In this document: piece by piece, positions 12,801 through 24,800 of the stretch
How the letters are laid out: each line of letters opens with the position of its first letter
Position numbering within the stretch: the first letter of the stretch is position 1
Source: Botryllus schlosseri
Lineage: Eukaryota
Assembly (NCBI GenBank): GCA_051294905.1
Contig: CM119372.1
Coordinates: 31,684,001-31,748,000, forward strand
DNA: 64,000 bases
Direction of reading: 5' to 3'
Made by a program: the position numbers and the translations under genes
The notes under the pieces: model-generated
Databases searched by the model: none
Seen by the model: only the letters and a program-made list of their open reading frames with translations
What the model was told of the DNA's origin: nothing

Positions 12801-15800
12801 TTGCTTTTGACATGGCGCCGCATACTTTTATTAGTCAATCGGAGACGGTTACTTTAAAACGAGAGTGGCCAACCTTTATGCTATTCACGAACGCCATTCG
12901 ATTATGTATCTATAGTAGGGCTGTTCAAAAAAAACATCTAGTTCAGATTTCACTGGCTACTTGATAATATTGTTAGGTTGGTTAAAAGCGCTGCACACCA
13001 ACTTTGGCTCAATTCCAACCAGTCGAAGCGAGCTTCGTGCAGTAGAAAGTTCCATGATTTTATAATAAATAATTAAAGAGTTAGTCACCATAAATACTAT
13101 TTTATTCAAATCCAAATTTTTCAACTGCAATAACTTCGCTTCTACTGGTTGGAATTGAGTCAAATTTCGTGTGCTTCATCTCTAATGACAGCCTAACAAT
13201 TTCATGGTGTTTACAGAAAAATTTTGAAATTAATTTTTTTTTGTTTTCTAATGATAAATCAAAACTTTCTACTGCTCAAATCTCACTTCTACTGGTTGGA
13301 ATTGAGTCAAAGTTGATGTGCAGCGTTTTTAACCAACCTAACAATTTTATCAATTAGCCAGTGAAATCTGAAGGAAAAGTTTTTTTTTGAACAGCCCTAC
13401 TATATATACATAATCGAATTGCGTTCGTGAATAGCATAAAGGTTGGCCACTCACACTCCACAAGATGAAAAAGAGGCGATTGTTTGCTACAAAACCGTCA
13501 ATTTGAACTAGTCTGAGTTACATCCACCTTACTAAGTACCGCATATAGTCAAAGACTAGCTCAGTACTCTGAAGTCGGGGGGGGGGGGGGGGGGGGAGAG
13601 GTGGTATTTTGCTAGTGACCTGAGTGACCACTTATGAATGTACCAAGGGTCTCATTTATAATAGGTGTTGTGTTAAGGTACTGTTTACAGTAATAGTGCA
13701 TACCGTAGTTACGTTTTTCTTCTGAACAGCACATTAAAAAAACATTTCTGAGACATGCTCTCCGCATTCCTTTCATTCCTATTCCTTCCAAGGTCTTGAT
13801 ATTTTGCTTAGTACTACATTAATATTTAACTAATGGCCAGTTTGCGTGTTTACTAATTTTAATTTTTCAAGAACTTCGGAAAGTTAGTAGGAAATACTTA
13901 GAAAATAGTAGATATTGTTGAGTAATTGGAATCAAAATACAATTTTGGAAATCCCAGATTTTAGGCACATTCAGCATTTCTCCTTGACACAGATGTGAAC
14001 AAAAGATTCGCTGAGATTTTATGGAAATTAAAGTCAATAGGCTCAGACTCAATGGCTATAATAGTCTTAAAAGTATGTCAACTATCTCGCAAGATTCACT
14101 CGAAGAATACTCCAAGTCGGGGCAATCTTTGTCAAAACTACAATCCTCATTCTATAACTACATTGCCACGCCTATTTCTAGTGTCATTCCTAGAACAGGG
14201 CACGAGTCGAGCAGGCTATGATGATGTATTTTCTTAAGACAAATATACACATAGCTCTTGCAGGTTGAATATTTCCACAACTGATGTCGATGAGCTGTTG
14301 CATTCTCACATTATTGTTGCAACATTGTCATGTAAATGTCGTGCGTGTTGAAACTGTCGATACTGGTCTATATATTCTTGCTGTTGTTAAAGATAGCTTC
14401 CTTCCGTTACCAGACAATTTCAACTAAATTGAATTGAAATTTTCTTTTTGTTTCCACTGCTCACACCCAAACCGATACAATATTGTCGTAGGATCTTTCG
14501 AGACCACGGAAATAAGCCCGGAATCGACTTGGCGTACATAAAGAACGGATATGTCTACCATACTCTTCACGACAATCCGTCGATGATACAACCAGGGGCG
14601 GTACAGCGGGCCGGTGAAAATATCCACGGCGTCGTCAAGCATTTAGTGCAGTCCACTGAATCGCTACTACCAGACCCGTCTGAATATCGCTATGGAAACG
14701 TTGTATACCTGGACATTTTCGGCCTAACCATGGTTATCATTCCGATGTGGATCACGGTGCTAGCGAATTATGCGACGCTAGCTTTGGTGTTGATCTATCT
14801 CGGGAGGAAAATGGTCGATTCCAACATATCAGGTAGGCTGTGATAAGAAGAGTAGTAGGTATTCGTTGTGTGGGTGTTAAGTTACTAGGTGAACCTGTTA
14901 GCTGTTATTGGTCCATTGTAAATGTCTGTTCGAGGGTGTTTGTTACAACTGTGCTCTTAGATATCGATTGTCACTTGTCTGCCGTGGGTAAAAAAGCCGT
15001 AACAGTCATGATTCGTACTTTTGTTGTTCTGTCATTGTCATGCTTCCAGACACAACGCTGGCTAGACTGGTATAACGATAATTGAATCTGGCCTAGAATT
15101 TATTTTATTTCTCAACATTTTTCATGTAAAATTTTATATTTACTGCAAATAGTTTAAGGCCCACAAATTAAGTCGGGACTGTCGCTTGAAAAATTCTGAA
15201 TTATGTTGAATCGGCCCGATGATCAAATACTGAAAAACTGAAAATTCTGTATTTTGAAACTACATGCAGGCCCTAATGTAATGCATGCAGGCTGATTTAC
15301 ATGCATACGAAATCATACCTGGCTTGCGGGCAACGATGAACGCAATTTACTAGTCGTTAAGGCACTCGGTACTACCTTTTATTCAAAACAGCTGGGGCAT
15401 GCGCAGTTGTTAGAGCGGAGATCATGAAGATGGCTTGTCCTGGAGAATGGTAATCGTCCGATTTAGAACTGTCATCCGTGGCAACCTACTTGGCTGGAAT
15501 CAAAGTTTTACCAGGTCTTCGGGAAAAGCCTTATTCAACGTTATGCGACTCGATTAACAGTATTAATCAGCCGTTTAGCATTCTTTCGGATAAGCCCTAA
15601 ATGACAGGTTTTAATGACATGTTTTTTTCCTGAAAAATTGTACGGTATTGGTAAAGAATTTCAGAATCGGTCCATGTACAGATCGATCGATAACAGAATT
15701 TTTAGCCTGATGGGTCCGGCCTGAACAAATTTTGCCAATACCGATGAAACTTTCTATAGCCTAGGTAACAGAATGTGATACGTATCAACTGGAACTTAGA

Positions 15801-18800
15801 TTGGACTTTGTGACAATGTTGTGGGTTGTTCAGGACTTCGTAGAAATGTAATTTCAGTAATGTGCGTGTTTTAGGCTACATGTTGCGCGTTCTACGAGAC
15901 CATGAATTGAATTTGACAGCCTTCCTCAGTGGAAAATAATATCGTAGCAACTCTTTGTTGCAAGTCCCGTATTTTGTCAGTACTGGAAAAAAATTCATCG
16001 CCCGCTACTGGACTCGAATCATAATTAATACTCGATATGGATTTGCGCACTCAAAATATTGTGCCCAGCCCTAGCTACAAAAGTAATGAAATTACAAAAA
16101 ACTTGATACTGATCTTTTTTCAGGCTACTCCCGATACGAGTACAGCGGGAAACTCGTGAAAGCCGTCGGTTTCGTGTTCTTCAGTTATGCGACAATGTTC
16201 CTTTGCCTGATCGCGGTTTCCGTGTTTATGACCAAGATGAACAGGTCGTTGTCGTGGTACGCACACTCGCCACTGGCTGTAGGCCTGTATTTTCCCGCTG
16301 GACTAATGGGCATGGTGGGCACCCATGCGGTGGCAAAACGCTTCGGGGAGGTAGGTTCGCGTCACAAGTCGAGTCCCCCGTCCAGTGGGGCATATTTTCC
16401 GATTTCAAGTCGCGAAATATTTTCAGTTTGTATCGTTTGTGGTTGCATGAAGGGTAGACCCAGGTTTATAACCAAGTCGCAAGTCAATTTGACTTTTATA
16501 GTTTTGACTCGAGTGAAGTCTAGTCATTTTCATTTCACCACCGAGTCAAGTCCGAGTCAGTGAGCAACGAGTCAGAGTCATGTTAAGAGTTCAAGTCAGT
16601 TTAACTCACTTCTGTGAAACTCTTGGGTAATATCGAATTTTCAAGATACTCATTTTTCTCACTCTAAACATAAAAGACAGTTTCTGGGCCTATTTTTCAA
16701 ATATATCGGTCATGATATACGAGATTTGAATAAGTTGTAGAATGACTCGAGTCAATGAAACATTGTGACTCGGGTCGAGTCATTACAACCCTGGCTAAAC
16801 CGCATCAAACTAATTTCTAATCACTACTAAAGCGTCAACCTCGTATCTGTGTAGAGAAAAAATATTGTTTAATCGTGCGGGAGAAGTTTGTTACCAAATT
16901 TCATCTAAATTGCCATAAAAAGACTAACTCCAATTCTTTTACGCCTGGCTCAATATTTTTTTGCATGGCTGAAATGATTTTGTGGTAGCAATTATTATGA
17001 CGGCAGTTTTGCAAAGCCGATTTGCTGCTGATGGAATTAGCCACATCGAAACGGAAATAGAATCCTGTTTAATAAAAGAATAATAATGACTGCTTGACTT
17101 CGTAGAATGTTAGATGACTTGAAAATGACCCGAAATTTTTTCTCTGTCATGATGCGCTCCATATTTTCCATATGTGCAGTCGGAGACAGGTCACATTGGT
17201 TTAGGATGGTGACTCAAGTCGAGTCATTCAGAAAACCTGGCTTGAGTCATGCAGAAGGGCTAAGATGTCATCAAGGAAATAGTTTGAAGGAGTCGATTGG
17301 GGCGAGGCTATTTGCTTGTCAGAATTATATATAGAGATTGTGAGAGGCGTAATCATAAATATCGTTGAATAAAGCTGGAGTTGAAAGCAGTTGCCATTTT
17401 TGAAATTGCAATCTGTTAGACAAAAAATTTGGTTTTATTTCCGACTTACTTCAGGAAGATAACTCGGTTTTGTTGCAGAAAAAAGACTGTCGCGTGTTAG
17501 AAAACCTCAATTTCGATGCCACCCTCGTTTTATGGTCAACGTTGATCTTTCAAACAAGAAACATCGGATCGTCGCATCTTTTCACGATTCCGACCCTGTG
17601 TGCTGTCGTCGGAAGAGGTTTCTTTGGGGAAAAAGTGTTTTCCAACGATTCCAGTAAGTCTCCAGCACGGTAGTGTTCTTTTCTTTTGTTTTAGTGTATC
17701 TGATGTTTCATAGAACAAAACAAAACTTGTCCAAAGCGGCAATTAGTAGGAATGCGCAAAATCGATTCAGAATCGGGTACTTCTCACTGTGACGTCATCA
17801 CCAGTAAGCAGGGTGTATTCAAGTCACAAGGCTCCGAGTCACAAGTCTATCTCACTATTATAGTTTTGACTCTAGTCAAGTCTGAGTCCAAGTCAGCGAG
17901 AAGGGGATCGAGTCCGAGTCTTGGTATAATGACTCGAGTCCAAGTCATTGTGTTGACTGCTCAGTTTCCCGTTAAAGTCTTGTTAAACCCGCATTTCATA
18001 ACTCCGTTTGGTGGTATCGAATGGTTCGCATTTATAATATACTAATTTCCTCACTTTTTGTCATTTCTGGTCGTATTTTCAAGTACGGTACCAGTACCTA
18101 TAGACGAAATACCAATCGTGTGGTATTCTTCGAAATTACAATAAAATGTCGGTCTTGGTCTTGGCCTTCTGAGGCTCGAGTCATGTGACTTGGTTCGAGT
18201 CATGTGCAATGGCTCGAGATCAAGTCGAGTCAATACACAAATGGACTCGAGTCGAGTCATTTTTGTATTTTGAGAAAATGACTCGAGTCAAGTCGAGTCA
18301 TTGGAAAATCATGACTCGAGTTATTACAAACCCCTGAAGACTTCAAATATATATCTTTCAAGCGATCATGAAATGAATAGTATGAATTACACTCAAGCAA
18401 AAATTGTTAGCACTCATCATGACATTCCTACTTCAAAATAGTACTCAATTGTAATCATCAAATTCCATGCTTGATTGGGGTTAGAGTAGATACTAAGTGG
18501 AGTCAATCGAGTCAATCTTGTGAAAATTTCAAAAAGTTAAAATTCAATTGTACGTAAAATGCAGGTAAATAATCTTTGTCTTCAGATCTGCCCGGCTTGA
18601 ACCGTATTTTTGTCTTCCTAACGCTTATGACGGTCGCGACGTCTCTGCACATTAGCAAGCTGCTTCTGCTGGGTGAATTCTTCGTGACCCTGTCGGGCCG
18701 CATGGGCACGAAAGCCCCGCCTGATTTGATCATTTGTATCATCATCGGAATCTGCATCATGTGCTGCTTCTCCTACCAGAGCTGCACCGTTTACCTCGTG

Positions 18801-21800
18801 GACTCCGTGAAATGGTAATAGCTGACGTAGTACTGTATCTTAGTCTGTCGGGTGTTTATTTTTTCCGTTGACGGAATTTTTCATTGGAAATGATGCTTTT
18901 GGTTAGATTGGTGTCACTGCTATGATTGAAATTGGTTGCAACAGTCAGTCGATTTGCGTTTTCAGTTTTGTGGACGAGACCTTTCAAAAATGGAAATCAA
19001 CACGGAATATAATTCAGACGAAAGCTTGCATATCAAAACCAAGAATTTGAACTTGAGGAATTTGCTGCTGTCTCTTTGATATCACACTTTTTATGTGTGG
19101 ATCTACTGAAGTTGGTGTAGAGCAGAATACCGTTAAACCACCAACTTGATTTTGATTGCTTGGTTTCTTTTGAAAGAAATTGGAGTTTGCTGTTTGCCAG
19201 CCTATATTATACTGTCAAATGTCAAATGATATTGGTGAAATTTGCCAAATTTTGTTTGAAAAACTGTCGTATCTTTTACATGTAATCCGTCCTAAACGAG
19301 TGGAAGGCTAGTCATACTTGAGGGGAAATTTCCAGCATCATACGCACTTTAGTAGCATCAATGTCCATGAGCAATCCATGCACAAATTGTTTGAGAATAG
19401 CGGTAATGTGTTGTATTTTCGTTACAGGTTCTACGCGATTATGTCTGTGACTTTGCTCTGCTCCGTCGCACTTGCCTTTACAGATTTCGGATTTCCGTTT
19501 GACAACGATCCAATCAGTCCGTCTAACAAGAGATTCATTGCTCAAGTAAATTAAATTTGCTTTCTTACTACTACTGTACTGCTAACTTGCATCGCAATCA
19601 CAATTCAATTCCTGGTTTCGCAATGCGTCCGAGATCTGTCCTGCGTGTCAGCCATGGTTGATTTGATACGAAAAGTGTATTGTAAGTAGCAAATAGCAAT
19701 CAGCTGGTCGAAAATACTGCGCCAGCATGTCCGAACGGCCAAGCCGAAGGATTCACTCGATGGCCGACGTGGGTGTGCTGCGCACCAAAAATTATCTCGC
19801 TTGGCCGACCGAGTCGCTCCAAAACGAGAGAGTCGGCCGTGCATGGAAGGAAACGCAGTAAATGTCACTCGAGCAGAGTTGAAAAAAAGTGGATTGAACC
19901 GGATTGAACTCAAAACTGAACGAACAGTCACACACACACAGTCACAATGACTTGGACTCGACATACTACTCTACGACTTGGATGCGGTGGTGAATTGAAA
20001 ATGACTCGAATTGACCCAAGTCAGAACTAAAAAATGAGATTGACTTGTGACTCGGAACCTTGTGACTTGGTTACAACCCTACACTCAGGTATTCGATATT
20101 GCACATCCCTATATGCCATGAATGCACAATTCTTTGTCTGTTTTAAACTCAGCTTTAAAAGGTGAGTTGCGGTATAATTTGAAAACTGAAATCCCGTCAC
20201 CTCTAAAATTTTTGAAAACCACTGCCTTATAAAAATTAGTAATTGTGTCGCCAATAAAAAAAAATGAATGACGATCTGTTTTTGCAGAGCTAATCGATTG
20301 TTGACGTTTTCACAGCACACGCACCGTGAATTCTATAATCTCGACGGTCGCTTGGAAAAGAGTGATGCCGGATTGCTGGTCTGTCACTTGGACTACACCG
20401 GCTCTGTGTATGATGTTGGGCCGAGAAATGTTATGGATTCACCTGTGGAGGTTTGCGACGGTAGGTTTGGGACAGAAAAATACCTGCTATCGACAAATTT
20501 AAGAGTTTGAAATCATGTTTCGAATTTGAGATTCATGTCCAAAATTGCATACGCAATTCATTTGGTACCACACCCATATTCTTTTTGTACATCTGACTGT
20601 GACTCAAAGGGGCACTGCGCTATAAATAAGATATGGTCTCGTATTGAAGAACAAATCGAGAAAAATATTTCTTCGGAAATTGCAACTAAATGAATTCTGT
20701 ATTACGTAACGTTCCACTCTAGCTGCAGCGGCTTGGCGTCTACACTTGTTAACCCGTTGCAAAATTTCTGGCACAATATCGTCACTGTGACACTTGCTGG
20801 ACTCGACGTCCATATTGTAGCCCTATTTCTTATGTAGTACGTGGAAAACGTATGATGCGTCACTCACTTTGCTTCCACATGATACAACAGCACGGACTCT
20901 CAATGGCACTTGCAACATATGTATAATCACCATACTGTCGTTTCACCTCCCCCCCTTTTCTCTCAGGTGGTCAGGTGCCTGCTTGTTTTGATGTTGAAGT
21001 ATTTGGAATCGGAGCATTTTAACAACCTCCGAATCTGACTCCAGCCAGTAGACCTATATTTTTATCTTCCCCAACTCCGACTCCAAAAAGTGTTACAAAA
21101 CTTCTGTGACTCTGACTTCACACTTCAAAAGTCTGTGACTCTGAACGAAAACTCTGAATCCACAGTCCTGGTAGCAGCGCTGACTACTATGACCATCTCT
21201 TTTAAATACATGTCACCTATTGTACGAACTTTTCAGGTCCGTATTGCGAGATGCCCATCTCCTTGCCTGTGCTGTTCTTGATGCAAAGGTATCAGTACGT
21301 ACCGGTTGCTCCTCCACCTTTGTCTGCCACTACGGGACTGTATCCGGTGGATGTAGTCTCGAAAAAGTCGACCCGAGAAGGTGAGTCGATAATTTCAATA
21401 CATTTGTACCACTGTTAGAACCTGGGAGTCTTGGTTAACCGTATCGCGGCATCGAAAAACATTTTAATAATATATTCATATTTATTCCCGCAGCTTTTTG
21501 GCGGACATTCATCACGGGATACCATTAACAATAATGCGAGCATTCAAAAACTATGTTTAAAAACTATGTTCAACAACAATCAGTATCACTAATTATGATG
21601 TCACACCTGGTAAAATACAAAATTCGAAATGCGAGAGAGCTGTGGCACAAGCACGGAGAGAACGAAACAATTCAATGTGCGATTTTTAAATGATACACAC
21701 AAGTTCTTTCTGTTGACATAGACTAGGTCGACTCAAGAACAGACAAATGAAATAAATTACACCCTTTGCCAATATAGATAATACGTCCTCACGCACGCGT

Positions 21801-24800
21801 TGAATTTTCCAGCAAGTGTTTGCCGATGGCACAAGGCTACGAATATTCATGGAACGACAACTTTCAATGGTCCGAAAGCGCTATGAAATAGTCTTGGCAT
21901 GCTCGTAACAGGTCACGAATGAAATAAAGAAAAGGACGTAGTTTATTTTTTTGTCCTTGATGTTTTTGTGGCATATACACTGACTCATGATATACATACA
22001 CACGATGGCCCGTATTCAGAGACACGTCTCTATCTCAAACTCAAGTCGTGCTCGACGGAGTAAAGTCTGAGTCCAGCTCGATTCGAGAGAGCGTTTGGTA
22101 TTGGGTTAGGATTTCGAGCGTGGCTCCGTTTCAACGCATGATATTAGAATTATACACTGGATGTATAGACGAAGCACCACAGCTCAATAACATGACTATT
22201 TGGCATACTGTAGTAGCCAAAGCAAATATTTTAAAATAGTAAATAATCAGACTTCATCCTGAAGTCTTCAGGCATAAGCACAAGCTATTTATTGGATTAC
22301 TGATGATGGGTATTGGTACCGCGTTGCTGATATTTCCGCCATACACAGGGACGGACGGTTTTATCAACTGTATTGAGATGATCTAACATTGCGAACATTC
22401 ATAAAGCGCCAGGTCATCTACCATCGTGTATTGCATTTGTCCACATCGCCGAGGATTCGGTTCTTGTTAGGATTGGAGGATCGCTATTGTAGACAACAGC
22501 TTGTGTGTGGTTTTTCAGTAACATTCATCCTCCAATCGTTTCTACATATTCTGATGCTACGTTTTATATTAACCCTTTGTAACCGGCCGGCCTACTGACC
22601 AAAATTTTACTGCATCCACATAGAAAACGATAAAATGTCATCCATATGGCTCAAATTGACGCCCAATATATTGCCGTCAACCTGAAGTAGCCGCCTAGCG
22701 GTCTGAGATACTCTCACGGCTCAGACGCCAGAGGGAATAGCGTTATGCGAGAAAATGTTCGCGATTTCTTGAAAATAAATTACAATTTTGTTCTTCTATA
22801 TCTCCTGACGTCATACCTAGGCCCTCTCTTAGTATATGACCACCTGATTGCCTTCCGCATGAATCTCTACGTTCCAACGAGACATTACATGCTACCATAG
22901 CGCTTCATAGCCCCGCGCTACGATCTTGGAAAGGTAGTGATGATGAGCACAATCACGCGGCCGCCACCGATGAGTAATCGATTACGTAATCTCGTATTCT
23001 CGTTGAAGGCAACGCGCGTCCAGTTGTGCAGAACATAGGAACTGCCTTGGCAATGTTGCCGTTAGTATAGGCCTACATCTCCATGCTATTGAAGTGTTAT
23101 CAACACCAGTTGCTTGTTATATGTAACTTGCAGCTGCAAGGAATCCGTAAGTATACACATATTGCGTTATTCGACACTGCCCAGTGCCCATATACGCTCG
23201 GGAAGTCATTTCACGTGATACATTGCTTTATTTCGCATCAATTTGAACTGTATTCTACACGGCTAATGCTCCATGTATGATCAACAGTAGTCATACAAGC
23301 CAACAGTAACTTCATGTGCCATCTAAAACAGATATATAACTGCCTCTATATGATGTTGTTATCACAGGCTCGGGTACAAAAATAGCCTAACTCGCACGCT
23401 TATTTGTGCGGTGTTAGGGCTGGCGTCGGCTTTCTTATACAAAACTAAGCTCCATGATATGGATATTGATGCAAATGCCAGGATAATGTCTAATTATATG
23501 TATAATTTGCTATTGCCTGAAGCAATTGTACATCTGTTTGAAACCGCAACGCGTCAGGTCATCTTACGCAGCCATGATTTTCACGTAATAAGGTATGCTT
23601 CTTTCACGTCAATTTGAAACATCTTCTACGTGCTAATCTTCGATATAAGGATTTTCATAGAATGGTATGACCAACAACAAGTCATAGAAGATAACTGTAA
23701 TCGGTTATATGAAGTCTAGAACGGAAGATACAATGGTTTATATTTCAGGCGGTCACTCACGCGAACATCATTACAAATTCAATTTTGCGCGAAACCTTTT
23801 TGCGTGCTCAATCTGCATTTCAAGCAGTATATACATCGCAACATTAGGTTATACATGGTCTGATGTATGCGTATTTATAAGAGCTATACATACCAACCGA
23901 TTGCAATCGTTTATGACCAATACAGGTCTAGCTATCTTGGATTAAATATAGACTCCTCTGCGTTAAACAGTCGCGGTCTAGTATACTAGACCGCCGGTCG
24001 CAAAGGGTTAAGTGATAAAACAGAGCATTCTGAGGAATAACCGATTTTGCGAATCCACCGGAAACCTTTCTGATAAAAAATGTCCGCCGATTTGGGAATA
24101 GTCCACGCCGCCAATGATGAAGCCATACGGTGCTAGAACATGATTTCCTTCTTATAACGGTGCTATATATTACAGTTGAAATTGTGAATTCAGGCACCAA
24201 ACATGCTCACAGCGCAATTTCCACAATATATTCACGGCCAAACCGTAGAAATGGGAATGAGTAAGGCCTTGAGTCTGCCCATGGCTTGACTCAGAAAACG
24301 CTTGCTCAAACACTGCATTTCGAGATCGACTCCAACCTCAGATCGTCATTGAATACCATAACCACGAAAGTACAACTCGAAAGAGCGCCAAGTTCGACCC
24401 CAGTTAAACTCAAACTCGTTCTCTCGCTTCGCTTTCTGAATACCGATTCTTACGCAATGTTGACGCAAAATGAGTTTGAGCACTGAGTAAGGTTTTTTGA
24501 ATACGGCCGACATGTGCATAGGCATGCCTTGAGTCCATGATGTGTATATGCCGCTGGACAAGGAAGGTGCAGATATAGCCTTTTACGGCTTTTTAAATCT
24601 TTCGACGCCTCGTATCCCCATACGTTCGCTGCCGATTGTCTTCAAAACGCTGCGTATCCCCATATGTTCGCTAAATCGAGAGAGCGTATTTTTGTCTCGA
24701 AAATCTGCCATGCTATTTTGCGTTCATGCCAGTCGGGGCATTGTGCGGTAATGAATTCAAATTTCAAGACTGCTACTGAGAGGAAATTTCGCTGTATCAC

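Noticed and set aside
13577..13596. Poly-G run of about 20 nt
   Set aside because: Simple intronic homopolymer; its length may be a sequencing artefact and there is no functional evidence
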